From the NCBI GenBank assembly GCA_965205025.1, contig CBDBFU010000023.1, positions 4,390 to 68,389 on the forward strand: DNA of 64,000 nt, read 5' to 3'. This DNA is from Candidatus Poribacteria bacterium. Its GTDB lineage: Bacteria > Poribacteria > WGA-4E > WGA-3G. The notes under the pieces were generated by a model. The model saw nothing but the letters and a program-made list of their open reading frames with translations. It did not search any database and was not told where the DNA came from. Of this stretch, positions 18,743 through 26,759 are shown piece by piece. Within the stretch, counting starts at the first letter, position 1, and each line of letters opens with the position of its first letter. A program made the translations under genes and the position numbers.

Positions 18743-19498
18743 TTAAGACCTTGCTTTTTCAGCCTTTAACTTATAATCAGCAGCAGCGGTTGAAATCCAT
18801 CCACCAATACCTACAAGTAAAAACTGCACTCCGGCTTTAACATATTTCTCAACCGTATGATCCAATGCAAGTGTACCCGCGGTTCGACCAGCATCTTGAA
18901 TACGTGCAAGTGCAGAATCAATTGTGTCTTGAACATCTTTATGACCAAGATTACCTATATGTCCCATTGATGTGGCTAAATCTGAAGGTGCAACAAAGAA
19001 TACATCAATATGGTCAACAGTGAGAATCTCATCTAAATTATCAATGGCAACAATATCTTCAATTAATACAACTACCATAGTTTGACTATTGGCTACTTCA
19101 AAATAGTTATCCACTCCATACCCTTGTCGACTTGTAAACATTCCTCGGTGTCCGATTGGAGCGAACTTAGTTCCATCCACCACATTCTGTGCTTCCTCTT
19201 TCGTATTTACATGTGGTACAGCAATTCCCATTGCACCACAATCCAATGTACGGTAGATTAATCCTTGATCGTTTCGATTAACGCGGACGATAGAGGTTAG
19301 TCCCCAAAGATCACATGCGCGGGTAAGGTCTCCTATATTAGAAGCATTCACATTTCCATGTTCTCCTTCTAACCATACAGCATCAAATTCATTTGGTCCA
19401 AAGTTGTCTATATCATCTGGATTTGTTAAACCACTTATAACATAAGTAAGTTCACCATTGGACAGTTTTTGTTTTACACGATTCTCTCTTATTTCCAT
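18743..19498 (-). CDS. HpcH/HpaI-family 2-keto-3-deoxy-acid-sugar aldolase
   Basis: 251 aa. The WLEGEHG...RVN...GIAVPHVNT...IEDIVAIDNLDEIL pattern is that of class II HpcH aldolases. Confidence 0.75.
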   Translation of the reverse strand: MEIRENRVKQKLSNGELTYVISGLTNPDDIDNFGPNEFDAVWLEGEHGNVNASNIGDLTRACDLWGLTSIVRVNRNDQGLIYRTLDCGAMGIAVPHVNTKEEAQNVVDGTKFAPIGHRGMFTSRQGYGVDNYFEVANSQTMVVVLIEDIVAIDNLDEILTVDHIDVFFVAPSDLATSMGHIGNLGHKDVQDTIDSALARIQDAGRTAGTLALDHTVEKYVKAGVQFLLVGIGGWISTAAADYKLKAEKARS

Positions 19499-19525
19499 GT
19501 ACTTTCTACCCTTTCTATAGTTATT

Positions 19526-20845
19526 TTATGCCAGAAAACCTGAAGGCAATAATTCGTGGACAGTATCAATTACAAGTTGTTCAACACCAGGAGCAAATTT
19601 AGTGGGTTGTCCAAAATAAATCATTGCACCGCCACCTTCATATCCACCTTCAGCCAATACTCTTTCAGACGGAATATAACCTGGAAAAGCATTTGAATAC
19701 GCTCCTACCCATAATCTGGTATTATCAAACTCCTTCTTTAGTCGTATGGAATAATCTACCACTACCTCACTGGCAAGAAAGACGATTGCTAAATCGTCTC
19801 CAAAAGTCCATGCTTGAATTGGATAGGAAATATCTGTTTTGATAGATTGACCATTATCCAACATTTCAAGATGCTTTTCTGCGTGATACCCAATTGCCCC
19901 TCCTTGTGCTGCAAGTTCCTTCCATCCTTCAACTGTGGGAAGTTCATCAAACGGCAAATCAACTCTCTGAATAACACTCTTTGGCATATCTGATAAGCCA
20001 ATTGCATCACGTTCAAGTTGATGAGACACCTCATGTGCAAATGCTTTTCCGTGTTCTTTCGCATAGGCAAGACGGGTATCAAATACCTCTTGTACTCCTT
20101 GAGGCATTGTTCGCATTCGAGATTCTGGGTTGGCATCTGCCCCACAACCAATTGTAATTAATGCTGTAGTTCCAGGATGTGCCAGTTGAATCTCTTCTTG
20201 TGCAAATCCTGCCCAGTCCCCACAGATATGATTATCTGAACCTGCTAATGTGGTACAATGACACGCATAACTTGCCCAAATTGCAGATAAATTTCCTTCA
20301 CTATCTGTAATTCGCATAACCGGTAAAGAGTGGTCAACAGGACCTCCTTCAGTCCGTCTATTCTTTGCGAATCCCAATTCACCGATATTCCAGGCTAATT
20401 GACAAGGTTTCCTATTCTCAAGTGCAGTAATTGCAATTGATTCTATCCAATCCTTCAATTGATCTGTATATTTGTCAATTGTTGCTTGTTCACCAGGTTT
20501 TATATCAGAACTAAAAATAAACGCAGCAGAATTTGTTAGACAAGGTGCACTGTGGGTATGTGTATAACATGCAACAAAATTCTCGCGTGATATTCCTGTT
20601 TTTTGTTTGATCCGTTCTGACACTTCCTCAGTGAATTCATCGGGTAGACCACAGTTTTCAACGGTGACCATAATAACAGGATCTTGTTCATCACTTCCAA
20701 TTGCAAGCGCTTTTGCCCATATCCTTTGTATTATACCCTCTGATTCTGTACGTCTACTACCATATCCATTCAGTCGTATGGGGTAATCAGGTGTAATATC
20801 TACTTGTGCAACACCAACTTCAATATAGTTATCTTTATCTGGCAT
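19526..20845 (-). CDS. neutral/alkaline ceramidase-like hydrolase
   Basis: 439 aa. The N-terminal VGVAQVDITPDYPIRLNGYGSR...WAKALAIG matches the non-lysosomal ceramidase N-domain pattern. Confidence 0.6.
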   Translation of the reverse strand: MPDKDNYIEVGVAQVDITPDYPIRLNGYGSRRTESEGIIQRIWAKALAIGSDEQDPVIMVTVENCGLPDEFTEEVSERIKQKTGISRENFVACYTHTHSAPCLTNSAAFIFSSDIKPGEQATIDKYTDQLKDWIESIAITALENRKPCQLAWNIGELGFAKNRRTEGGPVDHSLPVMRITDSEGNLSAIWASYACHCTTLAGSDNHICGDWAGFAQEEIQLAHPGTTALITIGCGADANPESRMRTMPQGVQEVFDTRLAYAKEHGKAFAHEVSHQLERDAIGLSDMPKSVIQRVDLPFDELPTVEGWKELAAQGGAIGYHAEKHLEMLDNGQSIKTDISYPIQAWTFGDDLAIVFLASEVVVDYSIRLKKEFDNTRLWVGAYSNAFPGYIPSERVLAEGGYEGGGAMIYFGQPTKFAPGVEQLVIDTVHELLPSGFLA

Positions 20846-20872
20846 ATATATACCTCTATATAGGATATTAAC

Positions 20873-22183
20873 TTACTTTGTCACATCTCCCTCTGGATAG
20901 GTAAGACTTTTTTTGAAAATCTCACCGTCTAAATCAGGAATAATATGTCGTGTCCCCATAACCTTACTTGATACTCCTGTGACGTTGGTTGGAAATTCTA
21001 CTGATTGTTCTTCACGACTGCGATTATATATTACCCAACCACCTGTGAACTCTCTAATAAAGAGTCCTTCTCGATCATTATATACTTGTCTCTTATCTGT
21101 TATTGGTTTGCCTAAATCGGTATCCCAAAATGTATACCAGTAATGTTTATGTTGTGTTCCATCATTATAGAGTACATAACCATCTGAATGTGTGAGACTC
21201 ATGGTTGTAAATACCCTCATCCACTGTAAATTTTTGTGACTGTCTAATTCTTCTGTTGGAATTCCCCATCCTTCAAGACAATTAACACGCGGTTCTCTTA
21301 AGTTACATTCTGCCCAATAGAGAGTATCTTCAATCTCTTTTAATCCTTCGTAGGTATAGCCATCTATATTGTCCCTAAGTGTTTCCATAAAAGTTCCATT
21401 AATTGCCCACTTCGTACGTGGAAACTTACGACGATTTCCATTTACTAATATAATAAAATCTTTTGGAACCTTCTCACGGATAAGTTTAAGAATGGTATCC
21501 CGCGCATTCTGTTCAGCTATAAATCCTCGATAACCTGAATTTTCAAATGCCCCCCATGAAGCATTTTTACCATCAGCAAGTACTACACCGTCTTCAGACC
21601 ACCAGTCAAAAAATATCCCATCATACAAACCACAATTCGCAACTGCAATTGCTTCATTCACAATTTTATCAATTACTACTGGTTTTGTAAAATCTATGAA
21701 GAATGCTCCATCCTTCCATGCAACTATCCGTTTTCCATTCTTATCCCTTAACCAATATGTAGAATTTTTTGGATGACTCGATGCATAAGCTTCGCGCATT
21801 CGTATCTCAACTATAAACAACATGTTGGGATTCTGTGAAAGATATACATCCCGTTTTTCAATTGCTTCATTCATATCACCTATCAAACGTATTTCACCCT
21901 GAGTCTTTTCAAACTTACGATGAAATATAAGTGATGAAAAATATAAATCATGGAGAACCATCTGTTCGAAATCAGTCTTTTCTGGGAGATTAAGTACAGA
22001 ACTCCAACCAATTCCACCCCAAGCAGAAAAGATTGAAGGAAAACTTCGATTTTGAATACGTGTATGAATAGGAAAGACCTTATCCTTATCTATATTTTCT
22101 ACAGATTTAATTGGATCTGAAAAGATACATACATTAGCAATAAGTAAGAATATGAAAAGTAGACAAACAATTAACCGAACCAT
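20873..22183 (-). CDS. secreted hypothetical protein (possibly glycoside-hydrolase-like TIM barrel)
   Basis: 436 aa, signal peptide MVRLIVCLLFIFLLIANVCIF. The family is not resolved. The IS left end lies 13 bp upstream of its start codon. Confidence 0.5.
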   Translation of the reverse strand: MVRLIVCLLFIFLLIANVCIFSDPIKSVENIDKDKVFPIHTRIQNRSFPSIFSAWGGIGWSSVLNLPEKTDFEQMVLHDLYFSSLIFHRKFEKTQGEIRLIGDMNEAIEKRDVYLSQNPNMLFIVEIRMREAYASSHPKNSTYWLRDKNGKRIVAWKDGAFFIDFTKPVVIDKIVNEAIAVANCGLYDGIFFDWWSEDGVVLADGKNASWGAFENSGYRGFIAEQNARDTILKLIREKVPKDFIILVNGNRRKFPRTKWAINGTFMETLRDNIDGYTYEGLKEIEDTLYWAECNLREPRVNCLEGWGIPTEELDSHKNLQWMRVFTTMSLTHSDGYVLYNDGTQHKHYWYTFWDTDLGKPITDKRQVYNDREGLFIREFTGGWVIYNRSREEQSVEFPTNVTGVSSKVMGTRHIIPDLDGEIFKKSLTYPEGDVTK

Positions 22184-22196
22184 TCTTTATAACCTT

Positions 22197-23286
22197 CAGG
22201 ACTTACGCAAAATTACAAAATGTGTTATTCTTATTGATTATGAACACATTTACACATTCTAAAAAGAAGCAAGACTTATTTTCCGATTATTGTCAATATT
22301 TGTTTTCAAGTTTTACTAATTTTACACAAACTTATTTTGCTAAACATACAGACCGTTGGAGCCACGATCAACTCAATCGCTTTCTGAGAGACGAAAACAT
22401 TCCTACAAGTGAACTCTGGGCATCCGTCAAAGACGACATCGACTTTGATGAAGAAGGATACCTGATTTTTGATGATGTTGTGCTGTCAAAAATACATTCT
22501 AAACGGATTGAAATAGTACGCTCTCAATGGAGTGGTAGTGACAGAAAGGTGATTCAAGGTATCGGTATTGTCACCTGTCTCTATGTCAACCCTAAGACAC
22601 AGGAATATTGGGTCATTGATTACCGTATTTTTGACAGAGATCATGACGGTAAAACCAAAATCGATCATTTATTGGATATGTTGCACGATGCTTATTCTAA
22701 GAAACAACTCCCATTCCGGACAGTCTTGATGGACTCTTGGTATGCGTCCATGAAAGTGATGAAAGCGATTGATAGACTTTCTAAGATCTATTATGTTCCG
22801 TTGAAACGAAACCGTCTTGTGAATGATACCAAAGGTGTAGAACCTCACAAGGCAGTCAAAGATCTATCTTGGTCTCAAGCAGAAAAGAAAAGCGGTAAAC
22901 GCGTACATCTCAAAAACTTTCCGAAAGGTTCTGTCGTAAAGTTATTCCGGTTTGTGTCTGATACCGGACGCACGGAATATATAGTGACAAACGATTTGAC
23001 ACAATCAAATGTGGATATGACTCACCAAAAGTGTCGTCTCCGTTGGAAGATTGAACTCCTTCATCGTGAGATGAAACAAGTAACCGGTATTGGTAAATGC
23101 CAATGTCGTAAGATGCGTGCCCAGAGAAATCATATTGCGTGTAGTTTCCAAGTATGGGTCTTTATGACGCGTGTTGTACGTGCTGTTGGACAAAAGATTT
23201 ACGAGTTTAAAGATGGTTTATTGAGTGATTACTTAAAACATCAACTCTCAAATCCTTCAATAAAATTTAAAACTGCGTAAGTCCTG
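22197..23286 (+). mobile_element. 1090-bp insertion sequence (IS4/IS701/ISH3-like DDE superfamily)
   Basis: 13-bp perfect terminal inverted repeats CAGGACTTACGCA (22197-22209) / TGCGTAAGTCCTG (23274-23286). 5-bp target-site duplication ACCTT (22192-22196 and 23287-23291). Single transposase ORF whose TAA stop sits inside the right repeat. Confidence 0.9.
22222..23280 (+). CDS. DDE transposase
   Basis: 352-aa ORF (GTG; an ATG at MNTFTH is possible). It has LMDSWY and a C-terminal RLRWKIELLHREMKQ block, the Y/R-x-R-W-x-I-E-x6-K signature of IS4-like DDE transposases. Confidence 0.8.
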   Translation: MLFLLIMNTFTHSKKKQDLFSDYCQYLFSSFTNFTQTYFAKHTDRWSHDQLNRFLRDENIPTSELWASVKDDIDFDEEGYLIFDDVVLSKIHSKRIEIVRSQWSGSDRKVIQGIGIVTCLYVNPKTQEYWVIDYRIFDRDHDGKTKIDHLLDMLHDAYSKKQLPFRTVLMDSWYASMKVMKAIDRLSKIYYVPLKRNRLVNDTKGVEPHKAVKDLSWSQAEKKSGKRVHLKNFPKGSVVKLFRFVSDTGRTEYIVTNDLTQSNVDMTHQKCRLRWKIELLHREMKQVTGIGKCQCRKMRAQRNHIACSFQVWVFMTRVVRAVGQKIYEFKDGLLSDYLKHQLSNPSIKFKTA

Positions 23287-23501
23287 ACCTTAAAGAAACG
23301 TGAGTATGATAAATCAGATTATTGTATTCAGTGCAGTGAATCAACGGTATAAATTCCATTTAGGCATTCCCGGGAAACAGCACCAATCGGGTTCATGAGA
23401 ATAGTATTTTGGGTGAAATGATATTCATATACCAATTGTCCAACTCACGTTAAAGTATCTGACTGTATGTAAGATATGTTTGATTATTACTATGATATCC
23501 A

Positions 23502-24419
23502 TTATTCAATTTCCATAACTTCTGCAAAAACATCTTCAAGTGTATGTTCTACTTCCCGTAATTGTCGAAGTTGAATCCCGGTTTCATGAGCCAATTTAAA
23601 AAAGAATGTACCTTCAGTCCTTTCTTCACTGATTGATGTAACTCGTAAACGACCATCAGTTTTAATTTCTGTTGTATACGAATGCTGTCCTAAAATATCA
23701 ATAAATGTTTCCCGATCACCGACTATTTTCAAATCAAAGGCTTGTGTTTGGTCTCTTCTTAATTCCTCAATATTACCTTTAACTGCAAGATTACCGTTGG
23801 ATAGTGCGAATATTTCATGACACACAGATTCTACATCCGGAAGTAGATGTGAAGATAGAACAACATTAATTCCTTTATCTTCAGCAATGTCTTTGATAAG
23901 TAATAGCATCTCCTCTCTACCAGCAGTATCCATTCCATTCGTTGGTTCATCAAGGAGGAGTAATTTGGGATCATGTATTAAGGCTTGTGCTAACTTCACA
24001 CGTTGCCGCATCCCGGTGGAATAGCCACTAATCGGTCTATAACGTTCTTCGTCAACACCTACGTAAAATAATACTTCGTGTGCCCGTTGCATTGCATCTT
24101 TTGTAGGCATTCCGCATATCTCACCAGCAAACGAAACTAATTGTACTGCGTTCATTTGAGGTATTAGACAATCATCTTCTGGCATATATCCTATCTGTTC
24201 ACGTATTCCTTCTTGTTGTGATTTTACATCCAGCCCGAACAGTTTTGCATCTCCTTGAGAAGGTCTTACAAAACCCAGTAGCATTTTAAGTAGAGTACTT
24301 TTACCAGCACCATTTGGACCGAGTAATCCAATTGCACCACCCTCTAAATTTACCGTCAATTCGTTTAAGGCATGATTCGCACCGAAAATAACAGAAACGT
24401 CTCTTATTTCTATTAGCAT
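23502..24419 (-). CDS. ABC transporter ATP-binding protein (ABC-2/CcmA-like)
   Basis: 305 aa. Walker A GPNGAGKST, signature YSTGMRQR, Walker B LLLLDEP. No permease gene is adjacent. Confidence 0.85.
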   Translation of the reverse strand: MLIEIRDVSVIFGANHALNELTVNLEGGAIGLLGPNGAGKSTLLKMLLGFVRPSQGDAKLFGLDVKSQQEGIREQIGYMPEDDCLIPQMNAVQLVSFAGEICGMPTKDAMQRAHEVLFYVGVDEERYRPISGYSTGMRQRVKLAQALIHDPKLLLLDEPTNGMDTAGREEMLLLIKDIAEDKGINVVLSSHLLPDVESVCHEIFALSNGNLAVKGNIEELRRDQTQAFDLKIVGDRETFIDILGQHSYTTEIKTDGRLRVTSISEERTEGTFFFKLAHETGIQLRQLREVEHTLEDVFAEVMEIE

Positions 24420-24469
24420 AGTATTATCTGTAATTTAGAAAACTTTAGATTTAATTAAACACTTTACTT

Positions 24470-24511
24470 GTAGGAGCGACCTCCCGGTCGCGACCAGGAG
24501 GTCGCTCCTAC
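24470..24511. repeat. 42-nt GC-rich near-perfect palindrome (REP-like)
   Basis: GTAGGAGCGACCTCC (24470-24484) pairs with GGAGGTCGCTCCTAC (24497-24511). The centre GGTCGCGACC is itself palindromic. It shares the CTTCTGTAGG junction (reverse strand) with repeats at 44592, 47886 and 48440. Confidence 0.7.
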
Positions 24512-24561
24512 AGAAGAGGCGTAGGACGCGAACGTAAGTTCAGCCAATAGAATTTAGAATA

Positions 24562-26718
24562 TTATTCATTAGGATATAATATGTCTAAATTATCGATAGG
24601 TTTTCCTGTCTGGTCTGTAATCTGTAATGAGAATCCTATACCTCTCCCTACTTCATCTATCTTAACCAAAATACTATTATTCCCAGGATTTAAGGTAATC
24701 GGTATGGTTGATTTTTCTGTATTTCTATTTCTCATATTATTTATTTCAAATTCCTGCAGACCATTCACCCACAGTTTACTTATATCAATGCAAGAAAATT
24801 TCATTACGACATCTTGTTCTATAGGAGAATTAACTGTTGAATATGCATAATAGATACCCCATTGCTCTTCCTCTTGCATTTCTATGATATTATCTAAAAC
24901 TTCATCAGAGTATTTTCTCCATTTTTCTTGACCATATTTTCCTTTATGCTCTAATGAGAAGTCCATTTTAGGAAGATGTTCATTGATGTATAATTTATTA
25001 ATTCCATTGCCATTTTCACTATCAAACGGTCCAAGTAGCATCCAAGCATTATTTATAATATAGCCAGTAGATTGAATGATAGAATTGGATTTTTCAATCA
25101 TATCATTCTCACTATAAAACTGAGCTAATGCAAATATAAACTTATCCTGCAAGGTCTGAGGATAAGATATTTCATCTATCAGTTGACTTAGCATATCAAT
25201 ATATGCGTCCCTATCTACTACATTCCTACCTGCTTTTAAAAATACCAAGTATATTTGATTTTCATAATATTGAAAATCAAATATGTTAAAATGGAACTTT
25301 ATATGTTGATAGACTTCCTTATATTTCTGATTTGCCATATATGCTTTTAATAATGTAATATGATAGTCGGTATTAAACTGATTTTCTACTGCTTTTTCAG
25401 ACAATTCCAGGGCGATCTCAGGTAATAGATTGATGTTAAGTAGTTTTTCAGAAATATTATAATATACTTCAGATATATTCTCTTCATTCACCTTACCTTT
25501 TGATAATTCTACCCACATCCTATATGAAGTTTTTGCCTTTTCTGTCATGTTTGCATTTAGGTAAGCATCTCCTAAAAGTTCAAATAAGACTGAACTATTA
25601 TCCATTTGAGTTTGAAGTTTTTCTAATAGAGTAATGAATTCTATTCCTGCATTTCTATTACTATAGAGTTTGTTCAGATTTCTTAATGCATCGTCATGTT
25701 CCTCCTGCATTAGGTTTGCTCTCAGTGAACGGAGATATACATTCTCAGCATCTGAATGCCGATCCAACTGAATATATGTATCTGCAAGATACCTATATAT
25801 ATCATAATATTTCGTATCAGATTTAAGGAATTCCTCATAATGTACTGAGGCATCATTGAGTTCTTCAAAACCGATTCTTATTGTTGGTTGTATATATTTT
25901 ACCAATTTCGCATTTCCTACCATCTTACCATGATTTTGATTAGGAGACAAATCTCTGATAGCTCCATTTTCTACATTGTTGAAATTCCAATAACCAATTA
26001 ATCCATTTTCAGTTCCTTTTGGTTCTGAAATCATATCAGAACGAATTTCTTGATCGGATCGTGCAATATTCCATACAGAAACATCATCAATTTGACCAAC
26101 AAAAGGTGAATGGCAGGGTCTTTCTTCTTCGTGTGAGCGACCAATTCGTAAAGGTAATATTGTCTTTAGCATGTGCTCTTCACCACGAAAACTACGACGC
26201 TCTACTTCTTCCCCATTAATAAATACTCTCATGACATTCTGATTAACATCAATGACTCCAGTGATAAATGTCCAAGTATTAAGTTTTACAATTGTATCTG
26301 GTACAAGGTATTGGGCAAATTTACCTGCTGGTGATGAATCAAATGAGATTCTACCATCCTCCCACAACCAAAATGTAAATTGACGATGCGTTATTCTTGG
26401 CAATCTTTTATTTCCCTTAAAAAGAATGTTTGAGTATTCGTGAGGATAGGCTTCAGGTTTTATCCATAGAGAAACAGTAACCTGCTTTGTAATGTTATTT
26501 AAACTATCACTATCTTTAATTTCAAGATAACTTTCTTTACCATCAAGATCAAGAGCACTGTCCAAAGGATTGAAATCAATTTTCTTTTGATTTAAATTAT
26601 CATCTTCTATTTTACTGTTTGAATTATTAAGGTCTTGTGCATATACTATTGAGATACAACAAAGAATAAGAACATAGAATAAGACTGAACTTATCATTTT
26701 TACTTTTCTTTTTTCCAT
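24562..26718 (-). CDS. secreted LamG + TPR-like helical + C-terminal jelly-roll protein (paralogue 1)
   Basis: The track ORF extends to 26760. ATG 26716-26718 (GAAGG RBS) gives MEKRKVKMISSVLFYVLILCCISIVYA, a signal peptide. LamG blocks VSLWIKPEAYP and FVGQIDDVSVWN. Alignable over its whole length with 30991-33132. Confidence 0.75.
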   Translation of the reverse strand: MEKRKVKMISSVLFYVLILCCISIVYAQDLNNSNSKIEDDNLNQKKIDFNPLDSALDLDGKESYLEIKDSDSLNNITKQVTVSLWIKPEAYPHEYSNILFKGNKRLPRITHRQFTFWLWEDGRISFDSSPAGKFAQYLVPDTIVKLNTWTFITGVIDVNQNVMRVFINGEEVERRSFRGEEHMLKTILPLRIGRSHEEERPCHSPFVGQIDDVSVWNIARSDQEIRSDMISEPKGTENGLIGYWNFNNVENGAIRDLSPNQNHGKMVGNAKLVKYIQPTIRIGFEELNDASVHYEEFLKSDTKYYDIYRYLADTYIQLDRHSDAENVYLRSLRANLMQEEHDDALRNLNKLYSNRNAGIEFITLLEKLQTQMDNSSVLFELLGDAYLNANMTEKAKTSYRMWVELSKGKVNEENISEVYYNISEKLLNINLLPEIALELSEKAVENQFNTDYHITLLKAYMANQKYKEVYQHIKFHFNIFDFQYYENQIYLVFLKAGRNVVDRDAYIDMLSQLIDEISYPQTLQDKFIFALAQFYSENDMIEKSNSIIQSTGYIINNAWMLLGPFDSENGNGINKLYINEHLPKMDFSLEHKGKYGQEKWRKYSDEVLDNIIEMQEEEQWGIYYAYSTVNSPIEQDVVMKFSCIDISKLWVNGLQEFEINNMRNRNTEKSTIPITLNPGNNSILVKIDEVGRGIGFSLQITDQTGKPIDNLDILYPNE

Positions 26719-26759
26719 TAAAATACCTTCCCTAAGATAGTATTTGACATTAGAGCTCA

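Noticed and set aside
9553-19498. Calling the region a bacterial microcompartment locus
   Set aside because: Only the BMC-P (EutN) gene is present. There are no BMC-H/T shell genes and no signature enzyme with an encapsulation peptide in the window.
23328-23396. 22-codon ORF MNPIGAVSRECLNGIYTVDSLH as the remnant of the missing ABC permease
   Set aside because: It is too short, has no RBS, ends before the IS junction, and its similarity to ABC-2 permease N-termini is only impressionistic.
24470-24511. GC-rich hairpin as a classical Rho-independent terminator
   Set aside because: No U/T tract follows the stem on either strand. It shares a junction motif with other repeat blocks, so I call it a REP-like repeat.
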